DNA of 64,000 bases from Cenococcum geophilum (Eukaryota): assembly GCA_050273025.1 (NCBI GenBank), contig CP158635.1, forward strand, positions 8,804,001-8,868,000, given 5' to 3'. Every line of letters starts with the position of its first letter. Within the stretch, counting starts at the first letter, position 1. Shown in pieces: positions 38,101-50,699 of this stretch. Both the position numbers and the translations under genes were made by a program. A model generated the notes under the pieces. That model did not search any database. It was not told the DNA's origin and worked only from the letters and a program-made list of their open reading frames with translations.

Positions 38101-41100
38101 TTATAAGTTAAATGGCAAGATTAACAGTTTAAAGCATTAATAGATAGTAGAGTAATGCGGAACTATATCTTACTAATAGTAGTTAAGAAAATAGGATTAC
38201 CTTATAGATAGAAGGAATAACCTTACCTATTAGTTATAATTTTAGGAGATCTAATAGCCTATAAAGGAGGGATTATTAATCTTAAAATAGGACCTATTTA
38301 GATAACTATTAAAGGAAGATAAATTAAGATATCTTTTAATATACTACTATTAGGATAGGATAAGGCAGTATTAGGTATACCTTAGTTATAGGAATATAAT
38401 CTAAGGATTAATTAGATTATAGGTTAGGTTAACATTAAAAATACTTAACGCTATAAGATGTAATAATAAACTAAGTTAGTATAGTACTAAGTTAGAGCAA
38501 TATATAAAGAGACTAAGTAAGGCTTAAGTTATATACTAAAGAGATACTATAAGTATAGTAAGAAACTATAGAGCTTAGAAAGTAAAAAGCTAGTAGATTA
38601 TATAGCATAGGACTATAAAATAGAGTTAAAACTAAGAATAAGTCTAAGGTTCTTTCCAACCTATAAGCTTACTAAAGAAGAGTTAAGAGCACTTAAAGAG
38701 TTTATTTAAGAAAACTTATAAAAGGGATATATTAGACCATTATAGTTATTAGTAAATTATCTAGTATTATTCGTACTAAAGAAGAATAGGAAACTTAGGT
38801 TATATATTAACTATAAATAGTTAAATAGCATTACTTAAAAGGATAGGTATCCTTTACCCTTAATTAGCGAAATCTAAGATTAGATAGGTAATGCGTAAAT
38901 CTTTATAAAGATAAATCTAAGATAGGCGTACCATTAGATTAGAATTAAAAAAGGCAATAAATAAAAGGCAGCCTTTAAATTAAGAGAAGGACTATATAAA
39001 CTATTGGTTATATAATTTAGATTAACGAATGCACTAGTAACGTTTTAGAAACGAATTAATAGTATATTAGGAGAACACCTTAATAAGTTTATTATAGTAT
39101 ACCTTAATAATATTATTATTTACTTAATAACTAAGGAAGAATATAGAGAATACGTTAAATAGGTCTTAAAGAGGCTATAAAAAGAATAGATACTAGTAGC
39201 AATTAAGAAATGCGAGTTCTTTATAAGGAAGACCAATTTCGTTAAATTTATTATTAAACTAAGTTATATTAGTATAGACCTAAAGAAGATTAAAGCTATA
39301 GTAAGTTAGTAAGAACTAGAGAATATAATATAGTTAAGGTTATTTTTAGGGGTTTATAACTACTATAGAAGGGTTATAGCATAGTAGTTAAAGAATATTA
39401 AACTATTTACTAGGCTTATAAAGAAAGAGGAACTATAGGTATAGGGAGATAAATAAAAGAAGTTATTTAAAGAACTTAAAGAGCTGTTTACTTAGGAGCT
39501 AATCCTTAAGATCTACTAATTAAGACTAGACACGGTTGTAAAAATAGATGTATTAGACTATATACTAAGAGTATACTTACTATAAAAGTATAAGGACGTA
39601 TAGCATCCAGTATTATATTATAGTAGAAAGATAATACTACTAGAGTTAAACTATAACATCTATAATAAGGAGTTATTAGGTATAATTACAGCATTTAAAA
39701 AATAGAAAGCATTCTTATAAGGCGTAGAGAAACTATTTATAGTTAAGATAAATTATAAGAACTTAATTAAAGATAAGTTAGATAGGTAGAGATGCTTACA
39801 GAATACTATTTTAAGATTTAGTATATTAAAGGAACTAAGAATATAAGGGTAGACATACTTAGTAGAAAAGCTAAACTATAGAATCATAAGAAGCTATTAG
39901 GAGCAATACTACACAAAGATAAGGATAGATGGATTAGATATAACTACCCTAAACTAGTAGTAATTTAAAAGAATAATAAATTAGAAAGAGTCTACAAGAT
40001 ACTAGAAAGCTTTTAGGTATAAAGAATTTTAAAAGCATAACTAGAAGATCTATAGATAGATATATACGAAAATTAAGAAGTAAAGTATATCCTAAAGAGC
40101 ATAGCAGAGTATTTCGTAGAAGACTTCTATAAGGGAATAACTTAAGGACATAATAGAGCAACAGGCTTAGTATTAAGACTTTAAGAAGAATATATTATTA
40201 ACGGAATTTAGAATATTATAAAAAAGGTAATAAAGAAGTATTTAGATTACTAAAAGAATAAACTAATAAGGTATAAGCTATATAGAGGGCTATAACCTAT
40301 TACTATACTAGAAAGACTATAGGAGGCTATATTATAGGACTTTATTATTAAGTTACTAAAGTTAAAAGATTCTATTACCGAAAAAAATTATAATATAATC
40401 TTAGTAATAGTAGATAAGTTAACTAAATAGGGCTATTTTATAGCATATATAGAAGAAATATTAGCGGAAAATATTATTAGAATCTATATTAAAGAAGTGT
40501 TTATAAGATATAGAGTATTAAGTAAGATTATATTAGATAGAGATCTAAGATTTATAGCAGTATTTTAGGAAGTATTCTTAGTAGAATAGGGAGTTAGAGT
40601 AGTAACTTTTACCGCATATTATTTGCAGACGGATAGTTAAACGGAAAGATTAAATTAGACATTAGAATAGTATTTAAGATATTATATTAATTACGTATAG
40701 AATAATTAGATATCGCTATTACCAGTTATATAGTTTATATATAATACAACACTATAAGAAGGAATAGGCATATTACTATTTAAGGTAAATTATAAATATA
40801 AGCTAAGAATATTATTGTCACTATAATAAGTAAAAAAGACGAGTAGTATAGCTAAAGAAAGAATAAAGATGTTAATAAATCTTTATATAGATCTTATAGA
40901 ATTAGTAAAAAAGGTATAAGAAAGAATAAAAAGGTATTATAATACTAAGAGATCTAAGGGACTAGATCTTAAGGAGGGAGATAAAGTATAGCTACTATAT
41001 AAAAATTTTAAGAGTTAACGACTAAGTAAGAAGTTAAACTATATTAGACTAAGACCTTTTAAAATTATATAGAGGATTTTACTAGTTACGTTTAAGTTAA

Positions 41101-42173
41101 ACCTACTAGCTAAGATAAAGATCTACCCTATATAGTATATTACGATACTAAAGCTAGTATATAGAAATATTAAGCTACTAGTCTACAAAGTAGACATATA
41201 TAGAGGATAAAAAGAAGACAAATAGTAAGTTTTAAAGATTGTTAATTATAAGGATACTAACAACGAAATATAGTATAAGGTTAAGTAGATAGGCTATACT
41301 AAGACTACCTACAGTGGGGTGTTATAAGTGTCCGTGCCCAGACCACACCAAATGTGATATTTTTTTGCTAAATTACTATATAGCAACCACAAAATTAATT
41401 CTAGAGCTTTAAAATAGTCATAAGGCCTATTACTATATAAAATCTAGCTATTATAACTTTTTTTAAAGTCTTATATTTTACAGTCCTTTATTAAATGCCT
41501 TGATGTTTTACTAATTTTTTACTAAACTTACTATATTTAGCATATATTTTCTACTACTAGGGATTAAAAATATTTCTTAAAATTCTAATATTTTATAGAG
41601 ATTTGCTTTTACTAAGACTCTCTATATTTAAACTTTTGTTTGAAATATATATAAAATTATTGTAGGGTTATAAAGTCAAAAAAGTAGAAAAAAATGAAAT
41701 TCCTCATATAAAATAAAAAATTTCAACTTTATAACGTTATAATAAACTTTTATACTTTTAAAATAATATTCTAAATATACTAAGTTATAATAAATATAAA
41801 TCTTTATGCGATATTAATTTTTAAAAATAATAATTAATATCTAGTAGTAGAAAATATATATTAAATATTATAGATCTTATTAGGGAACTAATAGGATTTC
41901 TAAAAGAGTTATAGGTTTTAAACCAAAAAAAGCTGTAATAGCTAGATTTAATATATAATATAAACTTCAGCTATTTTTTTAAAGCTTTAAAATTAATTAT
42001 ATAGTTGTTATATATAATTTAATAGGGTAGGTTGTTATGAAAATTCGCTTAGCACGGACACTTATAACACCCAACTGTAGGAGCCACTAGAGAATTTAAA
42101 AAACGCTATAAGAAAGGTATAGGAGTATCGGAAGAGATTAGGTTAAGTAGTATTAATAAAGAAAAATCGCTAA
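35166..42173 (+). pseudogene. B3 gag-pol (gag, PR, RT, RH, IN, chromodomain)
   Basis: Colinear with B1 6078-12105; same motifs; MITE inserted in the chromodomain. Confidence 0.92.
41312..42077. mobile_element. 766-bp non-autonomous Tc1/mariner-type foldback element (TA TSD)
   Basis: TIRs cagtggggtgttataagtgtccgtgc / gcacggacacttataacacccaactg; TA on both sides; imperfect inverted similarity extends ~300 bp inward; no ORF. Confidence 0.93.
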
Positions 42174-42778
42174 AGAATAAGTCACTTAAGGGGGACCTAA
42201 AAAGAGTAGTTGCCGAACTACTTAAATCTATTTCCTTCTCTATTAGAAGAAAATCCGTTTTTTTATTGCTAAGTTCCTATAAACCTTATTCTATAAGTTT
42301 CTACTCCTTAAAACAAACCTTCTTATAAACCTTTTTAAGATAGATTAACTAAGCAGACGTAGCAAGACAAGACTTAAGGGCCTATTATTAAGTATCGGCC
42401 GCCTCTTATTTAGCATTATAAGAATAATATAATTCCGCTAGAGTAACTAATAGTTTATTATTAAGCCGCGTAGTAGTAGATTAAATATAAAACCCTAAGA
42501 TAGATTAACCAGGGAACTAGATAACTATTAAGAGTAATAGGTTACGTATATTTAGTATTAAAGATAGAGTAAATATTATAGGATAAACGAATATTTACTT
42601 TAGTGCACTCTAAGTAAGAAGACAGTTGTCGCGAAGATAGGTTTACTAACGTAATATAAACTAACCCCTTTTTTAAATAGCGAGAATATAGAGATAATAT
42701 AATCTTACCAAGAGATAATATCGTAGCGATAGTGCAAATACGACGAGCAGTTGAAGAAGAAGAAAGAGCTTTAGGTAT
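42150..42778 (-). pseudogene. Antisense spliced Zn-cluster-like / coiled-coil gene of B3
   Basis: Cys6 exon (C-x2-C-x6-C..C-x2-C-x7-C), intron ending ctacgcgg/ctacgcag at ~42466, helical exon (RLEKVRKKVRSKEQKLMEQGLQEL after de-RIP). Confidence 0.7.
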
Positions 42779-42886
42779 AATAAGTAATAATATTAACCAA
42801 ATTAATTAGACGGATATTATACCTCTAGTAAATAATTTAGAGATATTTAAAATCTTTAAGAATAAAGATAAAGAGGAGGGAGATAG

Positions 42887-43297
42887 TATTATAGACGCTT
42901 TAAGTATAATATTATAACTACTTAGAGAGGAGTTAGAAGAAGCTAGTTAGTTAATTTAAGCATAGTCTAAGATAAAGCTAATAGAGCTATATAATAAGGA
43001 TTAGTAGCTAAGGTTATATAACGTAATTTATATAATTTATAGGATTTATAATAAAGCGAATAAAGCATACGTACCTTATATATAAAGGGGATTTCTTAGA
43101 AGTATAGTTGTGTATTTAAAGGACCACAGTCCCTACCTAGATAGTTCTCTTCTTTATAGTAAATCTTAGAATATAATTAGAGTTAATCTATTAGGTAACT
43201 ACTCCACTAGTTATATTTACGTTATTAACTATTCTATATCTATATACTTAGCCTATTAATAAGTTTACCGTAGTTCCTGCTATAAGGCTTTATTACA
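42887..43297 (+). repeat. 3' LTR of B3
   Basis: Ends ttaca, followed by TSD attaa. Confidence 0.95.
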
Positions 43298-43649
43298 ATT
43301 AAGTAATTAAAGGTTTAAGGAGTAGAGGCTAAACTAGGGATCTTAACAGTAAAAGACGTTTAGGTAGACTTTATAGTAAGAAAAATAGTTTTAAAAAGGA
43401 GCTTATATAAATTACAGAAAATAGGGTTATTACGTTAAAGACTATAAAAGTAGTTAGAGTTATTATATAGTAAAAGGAATAAGACTAGTAGACAATATAT
43501 ATATATAGAGTTATTTTATTATGTAGGAAACTGTATTAGAAAATAGAGGCTTCCTTTACAGGTAAGGCGCCCTCGCTTATTAACCCCGGCCAAGCTAAGA
43601 CTGCCCCTTAACCTTAACCATAAAAGGCTATTTCTCTTACTACTTTTCC

Positions 43650-45100
43650 TCTTATCCTCTATCTTTCCTTTCTCCTAATACTACGCCTCCTCCTCTTCTT
43701 GCTGCTAGTCCCTAGCACGGTTGCATTAAGGCATTTTTGCCATCCCTTTAGCGCTAATGCGTATATAAGTCCAGCCCACTTATTACTTTATTCCCCTATA
43801 TCTTAAACTAACAATTAATATAGTTAACTACGGCCTTTTTAATAGGCGAGTCTCTATTCTATAGTAATATATAAACAGTCTTAGCCTCCTTTCCTAATTC
43901 CCGCCTCTAGAGCTAATGGCTTTAATTTTTATTAAGCTCTTTTAGCGCTGCCTCTATTTGCTAAGCGTGTCTATATCCTTATAATTCTATCCTCTCTCTT
44001 ATATACACCCTCTCTCCTTTTGCCTTCTAGATGGCGCTAGTCTGTAACTATCCTATAGGAAGGGGGTTAGGGGAATTCTATAGTTACCAGCCGCGTTAGC
44101 ACTATTATCTTATTTAACTCTACCGTATATCTCCTTCTAAGGTAGAAAGGGATAGGCGTGCTATATCCGCCCCCTTAAGGGCTTAAGTAAGCTTACGTTA
44201 TACTCGTTTTAGCTAACCTATATGCTATTTTCTTACCTAGGATATACTATTAGTTAAATAACCCACTTTAGCGTTTGCTAATAGCTGAAGCTACCTATAT
44301 TATGGCTGGTATGCCTACTAGGCTACCTAGCGGAAAAGTAGCTAGATGTTGCTAATTTAAGCAACCACCCTATATAGGGCTATATTAGGCATTATTTAAA
44401 CAAATATTATACGGAGTGTTGCCTAGGTAGCTATATATGCCTACCTAGCAGTATAGTTATATTACTATAGATATTTCGGAGACACTGTTTAATCTATTGG
44501 TTTAGGGTTAAGGGGCTATTAGCTCTACCTAACTACTTAGCGGCAAAGCGGTAAAAGATTAATAATCTGGCCTTTTAAGCTATGGGGCTATAGTAGGAAC
44601 CACCTAGATTAAAATTAGAAGGTTATAGCTTTTGGGCATATAATAGATCTATAGCACTACGGTATAATTATAAAGGAATCTCTAACACTAGCTAGCTATA
44701 TTAGGAGGGTAAGTATTATATAGCACCTTATGCAGCAACCTATACAGTCCTTTACTTAGCGCATTTATATATCTATATATAATTACTATACGAGCGGCAG
44801 GTATATCCGTTACTAGGTAGTTAGTATTAGAGAACCCCGCCCGCTATTAATAATAATACTACCTCCTTCTATTATAAATAGCTTGTAACATATATATATA
44901 AGCGGGGCTTTATATCCTATTAATATAAGCGGCATAGAAGATTAGCTAGATCGGTATTATTAGGAAGTAAATAGATATATTAGTACTGCCCTTTACTAAG
45001 GAATAAGGGTAGAGAACTTAAGCCACTAACCTCCTAATAAGGGGCTAGATGTAATAGTTATATTAGAGCTAAATATACTAGCTTAAACAGGTAGATATGG
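43650..45100 (-). pseudogene. RIP-degraded gene, possibly with an N-terminal dsRBD-like domain
   Basis: Long coherent minus frame; DLLCRLHQWDMKP...AGG...CAKQRAAQVAAYEVL at ~44715-44950. Confidence 0.35.
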
Positions 45101-45399
45101 TTTAATTATAATTTGCTAAGGGTATTAATTAGGTGCTAGGAATTTAAGCCCTTATAAACCTTTATACCCTATAAACAGTAATTAACCCTAATTTATGCCA
45201 GAGGCGTATATATTAAATGCTTTAATTTAATAAGAAACTTAGGTAAGGGGTAAAGGGTAAAAGGTAATAGGCGAGTGCTAGTGGCGAAGGGAGGACTAAC
45301 GTGCACTTAAAAAGACCTTTAATTCCCCCTTAAAGCTTTTAAAAGCTATAAAATAATAGCAACTCTAATAATAACAACATTGGCACTATCTTAGTCTTT

Positions 45400-47352
45400 A
45401 TTTTATATTCCTCCCAAAATTTCGCTTAATAAGAATAATTTCTACACTAATCCCCCTAGAAAATTAATATCTTTATCTCAGCACTATATAATTATAGCCC
45501 CTAAGAAAAGCGCAAGCAGTAAGCCTAAAAGGAGGAGTAGGGGAGTACCTCTTTTCCCTCTAAAAAGTTAAGAAGTATTATAAGCTTAGGCACTTAACGG
45601 CATATTATTCCACCTAGGGCCTTAATTTGGATATTCTATTTAATAAAGCGCCTATAGACCCTATATATAATTATAAGAAAGCTAATAATAAGTATTATAA
45701 GGATAATAAGGATAACGAGGATAACGAAGAAGATTTTTATAGGGATGGAAATGACAGTTAAGTCTCTAGAAGAAGTAATTAAGGTAATTATCCCAGCAAT
45801 TACCCTATTACTTTTCCTCTTTCCCTAGCAGTTCTAAATATATAGTTTTAATGACTAGTAGTAAATTTAATAGTTATTAAAGATAATATAGCTAATCTAG
45901 ACTTAGAAACTAAGGGTAATAAAGCTAGTAATACTAATAATAAAGCTAACGAAGCCGATAATCGACTAATACCTTATAGATTAGGTATACGCTTCCCCTT
46001 TTAATTTATAATAGCTTATTTAATAATTAGTAAATAATAGGAATAATGGTAGTAGTAAGGGCGATAAAGATAATAAAGAGCTACCTTTATTAAAAGCGCT
46101 AGAAGAGGAGGTATGCATACCTATATATAATTATACTATATCCTTAACACTAGACGGTAATTAAACGGATAATTTAGCTAAAGGGCGTCGCATTAGAACT
46201 GCTCCGTAGTTTAGGCAAAAGCTTAAAATATTAATAGCTGCTAGTTAAGAGTCTTTAGGAGCTAAGAAGTTAAAGAAGTGGAGGTCTAATTAGCTTAATT
46301 AACTAGGTAGTATTAATTATATCTCCGATACTTTTATTAGTGAGAGTAGCGAGAGCATATAACCTAGGAAGTAATAAAGGTTACCTACTTCCTAAAGGAC
46401 CACGCCTTCTAGCTCTTCTACCCTTGGCCTTAATAGCTATAACAGTATTAAGAAGTAAGCGGTCTCTACTACATGGCCTACTAGCCCCTCCCCCTAGCAC
46501 TATATATCTTTTTATAATACTAGACCACCAGAATATAGAGCTAATAACAGTTATAATTATATTCTAGATAATCTTATAAACGGGTTAACTAAAGAAAGCA
46601 ATAATAAGGATAGTAAGAACGCTATAGACGAAGGTAAGGCCAGGAACTACGGCAATAAAAGCAATAATATAGATAATATAGATAATAATGACTCTGGGGA
46701 CGGTAATAGTAGTAGTAGTAATAAGAATAATAAGGCCCGCGGGTATATAGGGCAATAAGGATTGCTAACCCCTATTACTAGTTAATTAAAGGTAAAGCGT
46801 ACTATAAAGCATTATTTCTAGCGGTCTTACCATCCCCCCCTAATCTTATCTATGTATGCGTCTAACTAAAGCACTACGCTTACTAGCAATTATTATAAGC
46901 GGGTTATATCCCCTATATATAATCGCCTCCGTACCTAAAAACTGTTACTAAGCGCCGCCTTTAGCTCCAACTTTAATAAAGTAATACTAGGAGCCGCCTT
47001 AAATGCTAATTTAGAAGAAATTTTAATCTAAGTAGCTTTTAGGCGCTAGAAAGACGGGTTATATATACTAGATATCCTTCCTTAACAATTCCCTTTACCT
47101 TTTAATCTGGTTAAGTAGCCCTAAGAGCTAAAGCCCTAAGGGCCAAAGTCTAGAATAAAATTTACTAAAGAGGAAGACGCGTTACTTATTAACTTAAAAG
47201 GGAAATAAAATCTTCTATAGGACTAGATTAAAGATAGCTTTCTAATAAGAAGTCTTAGATTACTATAGGGGCATTACTATTTAAAATTAAAGGCTTAGCC
47301 TATTGTATTAAAAAAATAGGGGCGGCCTACTAGGCGGGAGAATCGGCAGTAA
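45400..47352 (+). pseudogene. Acidic low-complexity protein with a C-terminal Myb/SANT domain
   Basis: De-RIPped FTEEEDALLVDLKGKQNLPWDQIEDSFPTRSLGSLQGHYCSKLK at 47161-47295; start approximate. Confidence 0.7.
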
Positions 47353-48419
47353 TAGTGCTATTCTTTTTAGCCTAAAGTTTTATTTTTAGCTTTAGGTTCT
47401 ACTTCTGGCTTATTCTATTTATAGCGCATTTCCTACAACATCCTATAATTTCCAATTTAAGAAAGTTAAGCCCTTATAAACTATATAGAGCGCTAGCGGG
47501 TAGAGGGATTTAGGTATATATGCCAATAAAGTATTATAAGTGTTTATAAGTAATTTAACTAAATATCTGCCGGCTATACTATATATAATTATAATATCGC
47601 CTAAAGCCGTAAGCTTAATTTAAATAATATAAAAATTTAAAGAACAACCTGCTTCGCCTATAACTTTAGTCTATTTATTTAGAATCCACAAATTGTAGGA
47701 TTATGCTGTATTATCTAACTAAGTATATTTAGTATAACCTTTAGTACTGTTAATAGGTTAAGAGATTAAGTATAGATATCGGGTTTATAAATAAGAATAG
47801 GCTATAGTTTATATAATCCTTTAAAGCATTATATAATAAAAAGGGTAAGGTGTCTACGTTAACTCGCATTAGCTATATATTAGCGTATTTATCCGTATAG
47901 CTTCCTTTACTAGCTATATAATTTTCGCGGTTAAGTAATAAACCCTTATATTATATATACGTAATAATACCAACTAAAGCTTAAGGCTAAGCCCCGTTAT
48001 AGAGTTAGGCATTAACGCCTAAGACTAGCCTTAGCTATCTTAAATTTATATTCTCTTTTTATACGCTAGGTGTGTTACTATTTCGCGCATTATATAGGGC
48101 ATAGCCCGTTAAGGATGCAACGTTTCTCCTAACTTTAACCTTTAATCTTAACGCTATCCGCTCTATAGCTTACCTCGCTATACTTACTACAGATCTAAAG
48201 TATTTAACTATTAAGGTAAGACGACCCTACTTTATCTATATATATTATATAATTAGTAATAATATACGCTATAGTTCTTTAGTGCGTTTCTTAGACAATA
48301 TATTTATATTTTCTATTACTTATTTCGATCCTAATATAATCCTTATCTCTCTAAAGTTAGTAGCTCTCTCTATTAGCCCTTACTTTTATCTTTAACCTAT
48401 AACCATTTAGTTACTATTA

Positions 48420-49980
48420 TTACCTAGGCTTAAACAGCATATATTAAGAGCTCTTTAAAATAATAAATAGCGGGGTTCCCGTTAATAACATTGCAGACAA
48501 TAATTAGAAACTTAAAAAAAGAGCTTTAAAGCTAGTAGGCAAATTTTAAAACAGTATAAGATATATTTTGCTAAATACTATCTAGTATAAAGAGCCTATT
48601 AAAATAGGTCCAGAAACAACAGGCACATCTCTAGAGTTAGTGGACCTATTAGTTTAAGCAATCTTAGTAAAAATATATAGTAAAGGGGGGGCTGTTAGGG
48701 TCTTTAGTGATATAATAAGAAATATAGTTACAGGCCCTAAGGAACCTACTAGCTTTATTATCCTTATTATAAGGCCTAGTAAGAGCTGCAGGCTATTTAG
48801 TAGTCCTACAGTGCGCTATTTTCGCCTATAAAAGGTAAGGTTAAATTAAATTAACGCTTTATATAATTAAAGAAAGAGTTTAATTTTCGCGCTTAACCTG
48901 AGAGTCGGCTCTAATATAATGTTAATAGATAGTAATGGAACTCCATCCTAAGGGTATACTAGTTTTAAATGGCTGTCCTAATACTGCTATAGAAAAGTAA
49001 GAAGCACTATAAACTTAAGGTTTATAATCTCCCTATAATTTACTAAGCGAGTTTAAATTATAGCTGTAGATAAAGAGCCTAGTAATATATCTTATTTTAG
49101 ATTAGCATTCGGCCTTATTAATATAGGGAGGGAAAATCTATACTACTTCCTTCTTTCTATACTAGATTAATTATAGCCTTAGCTTACGGAGTCTAACTAG
49201 CTAGAGGATTCTATAAATCCTAAACCATATCTTAGCGTAGCTAATTAGTGTTTAGAGAATAAACGTCCAATTAATAAGTATAATTACTCTAAGCTAACTC
49301 TTATTCTAAACCTATGTCTTTTAAAAACGGGCGTTTTTAAAAGGGCGCGACTAAAGGATCTAATTTATAGACCTCTTTTACGGGATAAGCGAGATATTTA
49401 TATTAAAGATTGTATAACTTACTATTCCTATAAGGTATATAATGTTCCACCGCCAGTAAGTCTAAGATAGGGCATTTAAAGGTAGCTTAGTTACTCTTAA
49501 GATACTATATAAGCCTAATCTAATCTTAAGAATTTAGAGAGGTTACTCTCTGCTTACTAAGGCTTGTAGCGTATAGTAAGACTAACCCCTAACTGTAGTA
49601 ATAAAGGATATCACTAAGAAACGTTTAATAGATATTTAACTTATAAGTTGTCTATTTCGTCTTTAGAATCCTAGTAGCTATAATAGTAAGTTTAGTCGCT
49701 CTACTATCCAGCCGTCCTAAGATCCTAAGATTCGCGACACTCTTTTAGAGTTTTTTGCTATACTTAATAACGCTAAGTAACTAGGGCTTCGCCACGATCT
49801 AGCGCTTATTTAGCTCAGCTTTAAGCGAAATAACTATTTCTTAGCTCTGCTTAAGAAGAGTCTTAAACTCTAAGTTAGTTACTCTATTATAGCTATCTTA
49901 GTAGGAAAAGAAATTCTTTTCTTTCGCCTATAGCACAATACAAGGCAACTCTATGTCTTAAGATTGGCAAAGAGGTAAGG
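48420..49980 (+). pseudogene. RIP-degraded gene of unknown function (~500 codons)
   Basis: One frame reads through with only RIP-type stops; no family recognised. Confidence 0.45.
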
Positions 49981-50699
49981 TTAGTGCGCTAAAATAGATG
50001 GATTAAGAGGCGGCTAGATATTATAGTAGTTAAATAATAAGTTAATAGAAAGTTTATAACAGTTATAGGGCAGTTAGTAGGTATTTAAGAAGTAGTTAAT
50101 AGTAGTTAGGGGGAAGTTAGGGGGAAGTTAGGAGGCAACTAGGGGGTAACTAGGGGTAAAATTACTAAACTTAGTTGGCTAATTACCTTAAGTTCATTTT
50201 ATGGGTTATAATATCTTAACTCACTAATACACCGCACTCTGCATATTATTAGACTTATTATATCTTTCTTCTTTTTATCCCCTAATTAGGACTTATTCCG
50301 ACGTAAGCTATACTAATATTTATACAGTTAATATAAGATTAATTTTTTATTAGTCTAAAGCCTCCGCCAAATAGATATTGCCCCTTAGAGAAATAGCAGG
50401 CATACTATTACGGATCTATAACGTCCACCTAGCTTATAGGGATCATTTACGCAATCCTTTATAATACCCCCTGTAGCTGTACAAATTATAGGCTCATCCT
50501 ATAATAAGAGCTAGTATATACCCTATAGCTTAACTTAGTTAAACTCTCTAATATATCGGAACGCTATTAAAGATATATAGTCTAGCGCCATCTAAGGTTA
50601 ATTAGGGTAAGTAAGCGGTGTAGTGAATATTTGCAGTATAGTAGTAACTTAGGTCCTATTAACGGGTATAAAAGAAAGCGGATCCTCTAAAGAAATAAT

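Larger units (their letters stand above)
34707..43297 (+). mobile_element. Gypsy family B, copy B3: full-length, nested in the B2 gag
   Basis: LTRs 34707-35126 and 42887-43297; TSD attaa at 34702-34706 and 43298-43302; PPT aaagaggagggagatag before 42887. Confidence 0.95.
33348..43510 (+). mobile_element. Gypsy family B, copy B2: 5' LTR plus gag, interrupted by B3 and truncated at ~43510
   Basis: LTR 33348-33767; gag ATG 33809; gag resumes at 43303 through the knuckle, then homology to B1/B3 stops abruptly. Confidence 0.9.
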
